A stretch of 64,000 nucleotides of DNA, from NCBI GenBank assembly GCA_951406725.2, contig OX597814.1:161510001-161574000 (forward strand). Reading direction: 5' to 3'. Both the position numbers and the translations under genes were made by a program. Shown here one piece after another: positions 13,325 to 26,953 of this stretch; within the stretch, counting starts at the first letter, position 1, and each line of letters begins with the position of its first letter. The notes under the pieces were generated by a model, which worked only from the letters and a program-made list of their open reading frames with translations, did no database searches and had not been told where the DNA came from. This DNA is from Octopus vulgaris. Its lineage: Eukaryota.

Positions 13325-13730
13325 ATCATCATCATCATCATCGTTTAACGTCTGTTTTCCATGCTAGCATGTGTTGGACGGTTCGACCGGGGTCTGGGAA
13401 GCCAGGAGGTTGCACCAGGCTCCAGTCTGATCTGGCAGTGTTTCTACAGCTGAATTCCCTTCCTAATGCCAACCACTCTGTGAGTGTAGTGAGTGTTTTT
13501 TACGTGCCACCAACACAGGGCCAGAGGAGGCTGGCAAATGGCCATGATCGGTTGGTACTTTTACGTGTGACCGACATAGATGCCGGTCAGGTGGTGTGGG
13601 CATCTGCCATGTTCGGACGGTGCTTTTTACGTGTCACCGGCATGGGTATCTTAACTACAATTTCCATTTGATTTTGATTTTGATGTTGGTGTTGACTTAC
13701 TTGACTCAATAGGTCTCCTCAAGAACAAGA
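13325..13730 (-). mobile_element. RTE 3'UTR fragment with (GAT)n tail
   Basis: Reverse complement of the 10000-10652 3'UTR (catcatcgtttaacgtc...ccatgctagcatg). Confidence 0.85.
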
Positions 13731-14339
13731 AAATAGATAAAAGTAAAATCTGCTCAAAAAGACATTGAAATAGAAGTTACTGAAGATGAAGGACATTGTT
13801 AAGTGGATGAATTTAAATATTGGTATAAAACAGTAGGAAGAAATTTGGAATATGAGGAATGAAATGTTATGTTAAAAAAAAGATAAAAAATAAGAAAATA
13901 GAAGAAAAATAATTGAATGAAACATTTAAGTAGTCCTGTTATTTGCTGTGTAGTAGAAAGTGTTAAGGGAGATAAGTCTAAAAGACACTATTACTTTTTT
14001 GGGGAATGTTAAAGGTTTCCAAAATTTAAATGATTTGAAGATTTTTGTGTTGACATGGTGAAACTAATTCTGAGTGGCAGTTCAGAAAAGAAAGTATAGT
14101 AAATAATAATACAATGAAGCCTTTAGAGGTTGATAGAGTTTGTTACTGCTAGTGAATTGGAATGTCTTGACATAGTTTGCAAAGAAATCGGGAAAATATA
14201 CCTTCACTTCAAGTTTGGTAGAATGTGTGTGTGTGTGTGTGTGTTTGTGTGTCTGTGTATTATACAATCATTTAACATCCACTTTTTGTGAGACAGATGT
14301 TCTAGACCAGATGCCCTCTTATTGTCAACCCTCACCTGC

Positions 14340-14625
14340 TGATAGTGATACTGGTTTATAAACATCACACGATGTCAAGACAATGGTATACACACTGACT
14401 CAACACAGACACACACACACACACACATAAATATATATGGAAATGATGATGATGTTGATGATGATATACAACAGGCTTCCTTCATGTTCCTTTTACCAAA
14501 TCCAATCACAAGGCTTTGGAAAGTCTGGGGCAACAGCAGAAGACACTTGCCCAAGGTTCCATACAGTGGGATTGAACCTGAGATCACATGGTTAGGAAGC
14601 AAGCTTCTTAATCACACAGCCTAGC
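14340..14625 (-). mobile_element. tRNA-derived SINE with internal microsatellite (family B)
   Basis: Reverse of GGCTGTGTG...CAACCACATGG...GGCAAGTGTCTTCT...AAAGCCTTGTGAGTGGATTTGGTA; homologous to 15285-15757. Confidence 0.75.
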
Positions 14626-14639
14626 CACTACACACATTT

Positions 14640-14766
14640 TTTCTCTCCTTGTTTTTTCTGTGTCCCTTTCTGTAAAAGAGCATAGGCTCAAAACGTAGAA
14701 GACATTTTCTATTCCTGAGCGTTATACTAATACATCTGTTTGTTTTGTACACCACCTGTCTTCGTC
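14640..14766 (+). mobile_element. Penelope-type terminal repeat fragment with a decayed minimal hammerhead-like motif
   Basis: ctttctgtaaaagagcataggctcaaaacgtagaag...tactaatacatctgtttg...ccacctgtcttcg; homologous to 56290-56408, 15452-15520 and, more distantly, 38980-39165. Confidence 0.55.
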
Positions 14767-15231
14767 TTCACCACATACCAAAAATTTAGAAATAGCAGCC
14801 AAAAGACAGCTAATTCTTTTAACTACAAATATGACTCCACAGACAACAATATTTGTAACTCACATAGGCAAAAAGAAGAAAATACAATGAAATCAAACAG
14901 TCTACGATTAATTATGGACGCATTTCTGGATCAGAATTATACAAATTCATTTCCTTCATTGGCATAATATTTCGAGAATTATAAATTTATAAAATTAATA
15001 AAATTTATAAAATGTATAATTCTCGAAATATTATTCCGATAAAGGAAATGAATTTATATAATTCTAATCCAGAAATGCGTCCATAATTAATCGTAGACTG
15101 TTTGATTTCATTGTTTTTTCTTCTTTTTGCCTATGTGAGTTACAAATATTGTTGTTTGTGGAGTCATATTTGTAGTTAAAAGAATTAGCTGTCTTTTGGC
15201 TACTATTTCTAAATTTTCGGTATGTGGTGAA
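14767..15231. repeat. 465-bp foldback palindrome (arms about 225 bp); possible foldback element or MITE
   Basis: The left arm is the reverse complement of the right arm with roughly ten mismatches. The same peptide appears in ORFs 14740(+) and 15064(-). Confidence 0.9.
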
Positions 15232-15284
15232 ATAACTTGTTGTTAGACCTTTAATTATATATGTATATATATATATGGTAAGTA

Positions 15285-15520
15285 GGCACAGGAGTGGCTT
15301 CCCAACCACATGGTTCCGGGTTCAGCCTCACTGCATGGCTCCTTGGACAGGTGTCTTCTACAGTAGCCTCGGGCTGACCAAAGCCTTGTGAGTGGATTTG
15401 GTAAATGGAAACTAAAAGAAATCTGTTGAATATATATATATATATATATATATACTAATACAATTGTTTGTTTGTACTCCACCTGCCTTCGTCTTTTGTT
15501 TATTTTCATAAAGCTTCCCG

Positions 15521-15561
<41 letters not shown>

Positions 15562-15757
15562 TGTATGTATTTGTGTGTCTGTGTTTATCCCCTCACTATC
15601 GCTTGACAACCAATGTTGGTATGTATATGTCCCTGTAACTTAGCAGTTCGGCAAAAGAGACCGATAAAATAAGTAATAGGCTTACAAAGAATTTGTTTGA
15701 CTAAAGGCGGTGCTCCAGCATGGCCACAGTCAAATGACTGAAACCAGTAAAGAGAAT
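15285..15757 (+). mobile_element. tRNA-derived SINE, family B; its internal (TA)n carries a short Penelope-like tail insertion (15452-15520)
   Basis: GGCACAGGAGTGGC...GGTTCCGGGTTCAG head and 3' end GCTCCAGCATGGCCACAGTCAAATGACTGAAAC. Confidence 0.85.
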
Positions 15758-15764
15758 AAAAAAA

Positions 15765-16212
15765 GACAAAAACAAATATATGGGATGAAGTATTGAAGAC
15801 ATGGGACAAAGTATTGAAGGCCGATATCAAAATGCTGAATCTTATGAAAGAGATGAAAGAGGACCAAGCTATGTGGTGCATTGCTGTACTCAAGAAGACC
15901 CATCCATCACAACAGAACTGAGACCCTAAAACCAAGGTGTCATGTAAAAAACTATGTTGTGGATGCTGGTAATACGTAAAATGTATTGGTGCTGGTGCCA
16001 CGTAAAACATACTGGTGATGGTGCCATGTAAAATGCACCCAGTACACTCTGTGGAGTGGTTGGCATTAGGAAAGGCATCAAGCCATAGAAAACAAGCAAA
16101 CAGAGTGTATGGAACCTGGTGCAACTCCTGACTTTGCCAATTCCTGTAAAGCTGTCCAACCCATGCCAGCATGTAAAAACGGGCATTAAATGCTGATGAT
16201 GATGATGATGAT
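15765..16212 (+). mobile_element. RTE 3' fragment (diverged subfamily) with (GAT)n tail
   Basis: Encodes KTWDKVLKADIKMLNLMKEM...MWCIAVLKKT, followed by the conserved terminal ccaacccatgccagcatg...gatgatg. Confidence 0.75.
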
Positions 16213-16609
16213 ATATATATACAAACACACAGAGAGATTATTTGGCACTGAAATATGACAAGATGACTAAACTTTATAGATTGAGCAAGTCAGTTGTCAT
16301 TCAGGATGATATAGTGGGTGACATATTGATTTCAGCAAAGTCACAAGAAGATGGGTGTGAAAACTTGACATATATACTTTATTGTTGATCTAGCCAGCAA
16401 CTTTATGGCATATTCAATGTTTACATTTCACATTTTCACCTTCATTCTCTCTTCTGAACCAACATGAAGTAATGTCATCCAACGTACCATACTGGATGAT
16501 ATGTGATACACCTGATCTAGAAATTTATGACTTCTTGCCATAGTGCACTGGACAGTAACTGGTGAGTAACTTATATATGTATGTATATATATGTGTGTGT
16601 ATATATATA

Positions 16610-16663
<54 letters not shown>

Positions 16664-18116
16664 ATAATATCACACAACACATGTACACATCTGTATGCAC
16701 TTGTATGTATGTGTGTGCATGTACTTGCTTTTTGATGCCCTTCACTACCGACATTTTATCAAACATATTCCCAACTGGATATTGACAGCACGATGCCATA
16801 AATATAAAACACGAAAATATGACACTATTTGAGAAAAAAATATCTTGACTTGAATAACATCAGAATCTCATTGGCATGAAATTAGCCACAAAATTTAAGG
16901 TCATAAGAAAGTAGTAACATTTATCACTATATAAAATATTTATTGCAATATGATATAATGCATAAGATATTTATTGGAATAAATCATTGTTTCAACACCC
17001 ATTTTTCTATGCTTGCATGGATTATATGGAATTAACTGATGAAGATTTTCTATGACTAGATGCCCTTCCTGTCTAGTTGTTCTATTTTCTGCTTGTTGTG
17101 TATCACTTTTGTGTTGTGGGATTCAACTAATATATCTGTTTGCATTATTTTGAATCAATCCTAGGGTGCTTATTACTAGTATTATAGAGCAATTTTCTGT
17201 TTTAAACACCATATTCTGACCAGTTCCACTTCTGGAAACATGGCTGGGAAACAAACTTCTTAATCATACAGCCATGACCATGCTGGTGCTAAACTGTTTC
17301 TTTATTACTTTTTTCTTTCTGAACAACTCGCTACAGAGACTTCTCTTCACATTGTTTAGCATGATATTTTGCAATACTATTTCCAGCTTGATTTTTAGCA
17401 TCTTTATAATTTCTGTTTTCATCACAGCCCTCTCTCTCTTATCTCACCTTCTGTTTGTATTTATTGGCTCCCTTAAAGATACAAAATAGGTTTTTGTTTT
17501 GTGCACAGTTTGTTGCCATCTGTATTAGTTTCCCTTTATTGTTTATTAGATATTTTTGTACAGTAGATTATAATAATTTTCTAGTTGCAGAAGACCCTCT
17601 CTGTATAATATAAATATAATCTTTCTGTGTTGAATTTTGGGTGGTGCATTCTATATACAGCCAGTATTTTACTTGTTTTCCTGTGTACACAACTAAAACT
17701 TATTCCTGAAACATCTAAAGCATTGATGTCTATTACCTTATTTTTAGAAATTAGCTTTCCTTCTATTATTAATCTAATATGTCTAATATTCTTTCATAAT
17801 ATTTTCTTTCATATGTGTGTATTGTACTCTGTCTAGTTCATTAATTCCAAATATTCCAAAGTCTGTGTTTGGTACAATTATCTCTGTTTCTTTATCTGAC
17901 AAGTATTAGTGGAATTGTGGTGCTATTATTATTTTATTATTAACATATTATAGACTATTATCTCATTGTTAAGATAATTATTTACTAATGATTCAAACAT
18001 GTAAAATTGTGTGTGTATGTGTGTGCATAAGCATATGTGTGTGTATGTGTGTGAGAGAGAGATAGAGAAATAGAGACAGAGAAAGGAGAGAGAAATAGAG
18101 AAATAGAGAGAGAGAA

Positions 18117-18188
<72 letters not shown>

Positions 18189-18559
18189 CAAAATTATAGC
18201 TGGTTATAAGCTTATCTTAACTTCCTGGCATGTGTCAAAGTTCCTACTGATTAGCATCAGAGCAGAACCATCACCAGATACTTGAGGAAAAAGACATCAT
18301 TAACCATAACAACATTGAAAAGTGTGTTACACTTTTAACTATTCTCACTATCATTATATCATTTTAGACTCGTTGATGTCTATGGTAGACTGCAAAATCA
18401 ATGACATATACAAAAACTCTAAGTATAATGAAATACTCCTGTTTATAACCATACAATTATAACAGAGTTTGTTTATTTGTAACAGGGAAATGATTTAGTA
18501 GTTTTGAGATTTTGTATAAAAACCAATAAGCACTGCACAATAACACACACACACACACA

Positions 18560-18833
18560 CACATATATATCCGAACGTGGTCGAGGCCAGCCCCATCACC
18601 TTGACGGTCTCCTGTGCTGGTGGCATGTAAAAAGCACCATCCAAACATGATCGATGCCAGCCCCCACGCCCCATCTGGCTCCTGTGCCAGCAGCACATAA
18701 AAAGCACCCACTACAATCTCGGAATAGTTGGCATTAAGAAGGGCATCCAGCGGTAGAAACAGTGTCCAACCCATGCCACCATAGAAAACGGATGTTAAAC
18801 GATGATGATGATATTGATGATTATGATGATGAT
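18560..18833 (+). mobile_element. RTE 3'UTR fragment
   Basis: aaaaagcaccatcc repeats and the conserved terminal ccaacccatgcc...gttaaacgatgatg. Confidence 0.75.
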
Positions 18834-18840
18834 ATATATA

Positions 18841-19580
18841 ATGGGTCATTCCATAAACAATGCGGTTTGTTTCAGTTGCTTGAACTAAAAGTTGGAAGGA
18901 GACAGGATAAACTATCTGCATTAACTTGCTATAAAAGCAAGTAGTACTTTTACCTTGTCCATATTCTTAGTGTAAGTTTTGAAGAGTGCAGTTTGATTTT
19001 AACAGTTATTTTTTCAAAGCTATAATGGAAGTGACAAAGGAGCATATTTGGCATATTTTGCTTTATGAGTTCAATAAAGGAAACAATGCAACGGAAAGTG
19101 CGAGGAATATTAATGCAGTATATGGGAATCGGGCAATGAGTGTAAGCCAGTGTCAGCAGTAGTTCCAGAAATTTCAAGCTGGAAACTACAGCCTAGAAGA
19201 TGAGCCTTGTCCTGGAAGATCTGTAGAGCTCAACGAGGATGTCCTGCAAACCCTGGTGGAACAAAATCCCATCGAAACTGTTGAGGAACTAGTAGAAAAG
19301 CTTAGATTTTGTCATTCAACCATTCATTGACACCTGCGTGCCATCAGAAAAGTTAGCAAATTGGTTTCAAGACAAAAGGTGTTCTTCCATCAGGATAATG
19401 CTTGGCAACATACAGCAAGGATGACATTCCAAAGGCTGGAGCAGTTTGAATGGGAAACGATGCTCCATCCACCATATTCACCATACATTGCCCCATCTGA
19501 TTATCATTTATTCTGCAGACTTCAAAATCATTTGGACAGAAAAAGTATGAATTCTGTGGATGAGGTCAGAACAGTACTGT
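18841..19580 (+). mobile_element. Mariner DNA transposon, internally deleted and 3'-truncated
   Basis: From ATG 19025: MEVTKEHIWHILLYEFNKGNNATESARNINAVYG...SLEDEPCPGR...KVSKL, fused in frame to VSRQKVFFHQDNA...HPPYSPYIAPSDYHLF. Contains in-frame stops. Confidence 0.9.
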
Positions 19581-19833
19581 CGGGGTTTAACCTGCTTTCT
19601 CTTTTGCGGGTCTTACAAATAGCAAAGGACCACGTTTTGGACTTCTCCCACTACAGAGGCATGCTCATGCAAGCTCTGGGACGAAGACCGCTTTGCTCAA
19701 CAAACAAACAAATATCAACAGCAATATCAAAATCAAATCAAATGGAAATTGTAGTTGTGACCCTCATGCTGGTAGCACGTAAACAACACCATCCGAATGT
19801 GGATGTTTTGTTGTCACCTGTTGCATTCTCGTC

Positions 19834-20547
<714 letters not shown>

Positions 20548-21184
20548 GGTTGTTGCAGGGAGGAAGTAGCTTTGTACCAGGTGGTGAGAAGCTAAAGTAC
20601 AATAGATGTACAGGCACAGGTTTCTTGTTATAGAGGAGATACACATTTACCCTATATTATCTAAGGATGGGTGGTAGTAGTTGAAAGGAAAATACAGTTA
20701 GTAGTGATGAGGTGTCAGAAAGTACCCTCAAGGAAGGTAGGAACAAGAGAGAACATGGGCACAGAATTGGGAGAATGGATGGATAAGTTCCTAAGGGTGG
20801 GAGAGGAGAGTGACAAATGGTTAGAGATGGAGGTAAATATAGTGAATGATGCACAACAGTTGAGGTGTGATCAATGATAAATATCAGTATGGGGAGAAAG
20901 AAAGGTGAAAGCTATGGAAATAGGTGAGGAAGGAGTTGGTGGCACTACAGGAAGGTTGGAGAATAGCAGTCTTATAAGCTTGTAAATAGATCAGAAAATA
21001 AGGAGATGATGTGGGGGGGAGTGAGAGAAAGATATATGCACAGTGATAGAGATAAAGGTCAGAGGTATGTAGGGGTAGCTATAGTGAGTGGGATACAATG
21101 GTAGTGTCAACAGTAGATATGAGAGGGTGTTAAAGCGATAAGATATGCCAATCCCAAGATGTAGCTCAGGGGAAATGTAAATGG

Positions 21185-21335
21185 AAGCATGGCAAGGGGT
21201 GATGATAGCTCTAAAGCCACATGATTTTTGGTTCACTCCTGCTGTGAAGCACCATAGACAAATGTCTGCTACTATAACTCTGAGCTGACCAATACCTTGT
21301 TAGTGAAATTGGCAGACAGATATTATACAGAAGCT
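21185..21335 (+). mobile_element. Diverged SINE head, family B
   Basis: ccacatgatttttggttcactcctgctgtg...aaatgtctgcact...ccttgttagtgaaattggcagac. Confidence 0.55.
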
Positions 21336-22569
21336 TGTCACACACACACACACACACACACACACGCTTTTATATATGTATGTATATATGTTGTATGTGT
21401 GTATGAGGGTGTGTGTGTATATGCATGTATGTTTGTGTCTTATGTCTTGACATTGTTTACACTCTATGTAAAATGTCTTCACAGTAGGCAGTCATCATTT
21501 ACATCTGCTACTAAAACATATCCAGTTTTTGAGTTACTATTTGAAAGACAAAGGGAATAATTACCTTATTTGGAAACAAGTAAAGGTTAGTGACAGGAAG
21601 GGCATTCAGCTGTAAAATTACAGCTTCAATAAAGTCTTTCTAACCCATGTTAGCATGGAAAAAGTGGACATTAAAATGACAATGATGATGATACAAACAC
21701 ATGCATACATATGCATGCTCTCACATAGACACACATATGGACTGTAGCAAATGGTGATGCAAAAGTGTCACAGTAAGTGGCTAGATAAAGAGTTGTAAAA
21801 GGTGGTGAGAAATATCTAAAATTTTTCTGGAAAAATTCAGTATTTTTTTTCATCATTTATGAACATAAAATCGTTTGCTAAATTATAATTCCCTTAACAT
21901 TGCCAAACTTTCCACAGTATTCAATAACAGTTACACATGATACTTCTACAATTTCTGGTCTTCAATTCTACTGCAGAATTTTGCAGGTGGGGCGTTAGGT
22001 GAGGTGTTTTCTATATACTAGCTATTTAATGATTTTTTTTTCTTTTCTTGTTTTCAAAATTTATTCGTGTTGGTTAGTTTTAAATTTATGGCTGACCTTT
22101 CAACTGTAGGACTCTTTTCTAAATATGGACTGAAATGGTCACATTTTGAAATTTTTCCCCATCTCCAACCTAAATCTGTCTCCATATTTTCGCCCCACTG
22201 CACTTTTGCTTTTACTTTCTCCTTACCTTCCTTCCTTCTCTCCTATATCATTAATTCACCAACAAGTTTTTTTCTCAATAATTCCAAGGAAATCGATAAT
22301 GATTGAAACAAATTTGTAAGCTAATATATAAATCAATAAATAAATATATTTGACTCTACTTCTTGAAGTATAGAATTCTTTATTTAATATTTGTGAGTAC
22401 ACTTGTTCCTACAAACAAGTACATCCTAATTGTCATTTTCATAATTTCTACATTTGTTTTCAAATATTGGCATGGGCTTAACATAAAATTTTGAGCCAGT
22501 ACTTTTTTATGGCTAATGTCCTGATGCTGCTTATGATGTAGAACGTAATTATTCTACAAACCAGGATAC

Positions 22570-25500
22570 ATCATCATCATCATCATCATCGTTTAACGTC
22601 CACTTTCCATGCTGGCATGGGTTCGACGGTTTGACTGAGGACTGGTGAGCCAGAGGCTGCACCAGGCTCAACCTGATCTGGCAAAGTTTCTACAGCTGGA
22701 TGCCCTTCCTAACGCTAACTATTCCAAGAGTGTAGTGTTGCTTTTATGTGCCACTGGCATGAGGGCCAGTCAGGCAGTTCTGGCAGCGACCACGCTCAAA
22801 AGGGGTTTTTACATGCTACCCGCATGGGAGCCAGTCTGGCGGCACTGGCAACAGCTATGCTTGAATGTTGTTTTTCATGTGCCACCAGCACATATGCTGG
22901 TAAGGCTATGCTGACACTCGAATGGTACTTTTCCTGTGTCACTGGCATGGGAGCCAATCTGTGGCCCTGGCAACGATCATGCTCAGATGTGCTTTTAATG
23001 TTCCACTGGCATGAGTGCCTATCGGGCAGTACTGTCATCAGCCATGTCAACGATTATGATTTTGCTTTCACTTGCCTCAATAGGTCTTTGCAAACAATGT
23101 TTGAAGGTTGTGCTTCACCACCTCATCCCAGGTTTTCCTGGGTCTACCTCTTCCACAGGTTCCCTCAACTGCTAGGGTGTGACGCTTTTTCACACAGCTG
23201 TCCTCATTCATTCACAACACATGACCATACCAACACAGTCATCTCTCTTGCACACCACATCTGACGCTTCTTAAATCCAACTTTTCTCTCAGGGTGCTTA
23301 CACTCTTTCATGTATGCACACTGACATTACACATCCAGCGGAGCATACTGGCTTCATTTCTTGCAAGCTTACGCATGTCCTCAGCAGTCATGGCCCATGT
23401 TGCACTGCCATGTAGCATGGCTGTTCATACACATGTATCATACAGTCTACCTTTCACTCTGAGCAAGAAGCCCTTTGTCACCAGCAGGGGTAGGAGCTCT
23501 CTGAACTTTGCCCTGGCAATTCTTATTCTAGCAGCTACACTTTCAGCACACCTTCCCCTGCTACTGATTTGGTCACTTAGGTAACGGAAGGTATCAGCTA
23601 CTTTTAGTTTTTCTCCCTGGAATGTGGCAGCAGCTGTTCTCAGCACATTTTCAGCTTATATTGCTCCTGAGCATATGCCACATACAAAATCTATCTTCCC
23701 AGTTAGCCTTCTTTTGATATTGCTGCATGTCTTAGGTGTCCATAGCTTACACTGGGTACATCTCATTGAGTTTCTACCTACATCTTTTCTACAGATTGAG
23801 TAGGACCATCTACCTGAAGGGATTTGTGGTTTGCCTGCCTTCCTACATATTAAGTCTTTGGTTTTAGCTAGGTTGACTCTAAGGCCCTTCGATTCTAATC
23901 CTTGCTTCCACACCTGAAATTTCTCCTCTAGTTCTGATAGTGACTCAGCAATTAGAGCAAGGTCATCATAGAGGAGCTCCCAGGAGCATCCTTGAATTCC
24001 TCTGTTATTGCCTGGAGGACTATGATAAATAAGAGGGGGCTGAAGACTGATCCTTGGTGGACCTCTACACCTACTTGGAATTCTTCACTGTACTTGTTGC
24101 AAACACTCACCTTACTGACAGCATCCCTGTACATGGCTTGCACAGTGCTCACTAACCATTCATCTATCCCTCATTGACCACCAGATAAGGGATTGGGGAC
24201 CCTTTCAAAGGCTTTCTCCATGTCAACAAAAGCCAGGTACAGAGGTTTATCTTTGGCTATGTATTTCTCTTGCAGCTGTCTTACCAGAAATATAGCATCA
24301 GTGGTGCTTTTCCCTGGCACGAACCCAAACTGCATCTCATCTAGACTGACTCTCTCCCTAATTAGTTGGACTATGACCCTCTTTGTGACCTTCATTACCT
24401 GATCCAACAACTTGATACTTCTGTAATTATTTGTATCTAAAGCATCACCTTTACCTTTGTAGCAGTTGACTATGATGCTGCTACACCAGTCATTGGGTAT
24501 GACTCTTTCATGTATCACCTGGTTTCACCTGGTTAACTATAAAGGTGACTAGGCTATAGCCAATACCACCAGATATTGTGGTGATTCCTCATGGGCCAGG
24601 GGATTTCCCTGTCTTCATACCCTTAATTTCTTTATCTACCAAGGTACTATCAATTTGGATAGTTGGTCCCTCTATGGGTCGACATTCGGCAGACTCACTT
24701 TCTCCCATTCATTCTCTTTATTGAGCAACCTTTCATAGTGGTGTCTCTAAACCTCTCTCTTTGCAGCCTTGTTTAATGCAAGTGAACCATTATCCATGTG
24801 GGCACATTTCTCTCCTATGACATCACAATTCTCTCTCACACACTGTCTTGCAACACGAAATACCTCAAGTCTTTGGTCCTCTCAGCACAGAACATTGGCA
24901 AATTTTTTCTTATCTGCTCCTCCTCTGGCTAAATAAACCTGTATCCTAGCTTCCCTTCTGGCAGTCTGATACAATTCCCTGCTACCACCATTCTTCCAGT
25001 CCTTCCAAGCCTGTTTCTTTTCCCTTATAGCCCTGTCAACAACATTCTTCCACCACCACATTATTTTGGGTCGAGAGGGGACTTTGTACCATCCACAGAT
25101 CTGGTCAGTGGCCCTCAGCAGGTTGCCTCATAGAAACCTCCAGTTTTCTTCCACTTTATGTGATGCTATATCCCCTTCTATATCAAATCTCTGTCCATTC
25201 ACAGGATCTTTAAGCTTCCAGACCCTTCTCTTCCATGCTGGTTGTCTTCTAGGCATCCAGTTAGCCCTGATCTTGAAGTTGCTAACTACTACTCTATGTT
25301 GTGGGGTACATTCTTTGCCTGGGAAGGTTTTGGCATTTATAAGCAGCCAGCTTTCCCTTTTTCTGGTGAGGATGTAGTCAATTTGGCTGGTGTGTCTGCC
25401 AGAATGGTAGATGAATAGGTGACTGGCAGGTTTCCTGAAGTTAGTATTGCAAACCATAAGATCATTTGCATTGCAGAACTCCAGCAGCCTGGTTCCCTCC

Positions 25501-26170
25501 TCATTGTGGGAACCAAAACCATAGCTTCCATGTAAGCCATGAAAGCCCCCTGCATGTTGTCCAACATGTCCATTAAAGTCACCAGCCACAAAGAGAAGGT
25601 CCCTGTCATTTGTCAACGAGGTAGTCTCCAAGAGGGTGTCATAAAAATCAGTGTTTCTATCCAGCAGGTAGCCCCGGCTGAGGGACATAGGCCAAAATAA
25701 TGGTTGCTAACCCATGATGTAGCACTAATCTAATCTTAAGTATTCTATTGCATACTCTGACTACCTTGATTACCTTATCAACCCATTTCTCTGCAAGAAG
25801 TATACCCACATCCCCGACCCCATCAGTGTTCCCTGCCTAGAAAATCTTGTACCTGTGTTCTTTGCCTGTGAGGGACCTAGCGGAACCACCTCTCCACCTG
25901 ACTTCTTGGAGGCAGCACAAATCTACACATCTCCGTTCAAGCATCTCAACAATCTCACCAGACCTACCTTTCAGTGTACCCACGTTGAGTGTGCCAGCTT
26001 TGAGGGTGTGGGAGGTGTGGGCCTGTGAGACCCTTGGGTGGGGGACAGCAGCGTCATGTACCTGAAACGAAAGCTTGCATTTGGCAGAATTCATAAACAA
26101 ACAATATCCTTCAACCTGCATACACCACACCATCATTTTATGCACTATATGATCACTACCTTGCATAGGT
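22570..26170 (-). mobile_element. Near full-length, decayed RTE LINE (same family as 7154-10652, opposite orientation)
   Basis: N-terminus GTLNVGTLKGRSGEIVEMLERRCVDLCCLQEVRWRG, then VAGDFNGHVG, QFGFVPGKSTTDAIF, EVHQGSVFSP and FRYLS. Multiple frameshifts; the ORF end is deleted near 23100; (CAT)n at 22570-22590. Confidence 0.95.
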
Positions 26171-26861
26171 GATAAACCCTAAGTAGGGGTGCAGATGGCA
26201 TTAAGCTTTTAGAAGTGTTCATAGGAGACAACCAAAGGATGACAGAGGATAGGGATTTCCGGTACAGGTGGTGGGGGTGGGAGGATAGGGACTTCTGGTA
26301 CAGGTAGTGGGGGTGGGAGGGCAGGCATACTGTGAGATAGCAAAATTAGATAAGAGCATCTTCTGGATTTGTATTCTTTTGGCAGAGTTATTAAAATGGA
26401 GTAGGGGAATCTGAGTGCATGCGCTAGTTTATATAAGGTGGGGTGTTGGAGGCGGGGGAAGTGTTGGTGAAGCAAGTGGTAATCGAAAAAGAGAGAGACA
26501 GACAGACAGACAGACAGAGTGAGGCAAAGAGAGAGCGCGCAAGAGTTGAGGTGGTCAGGGATAGAACATGAGGGAGAAAAATATTCTTTTGGGATTTTGG
26601 GTAACATAATTTGATGAAACAGCAAATGCTGATAATAGTGAAATAGAATAGAAAAATCATAGAATTTTTGGTCAGCCAATCTGTGACAAAATTAGAGAAA
26701 TAAGTGATGGTGTGACAAACTTGAATAAATGGTGGTGCATCAGCATGGCTGCAGCTATGAGCTGGAACCACAGAAAAAAAAATGAATAGGTAACGAATAG
26801 CGAATACGCATGATCACACATGTATGTATGTGTGTGTGTGTGTATGTGTGTGTATAAAGAG

Positions 26862-26862
<1 letters not shown>

Positions 26863-26932
<70 letters not shown>

Positions 26933-26953
26933 CAAACAAATAGATAGATAGAT
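26863..26953. repeat. (GATA)n microsatellite
   Basis: Directly visible. Confidence 0.95.
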
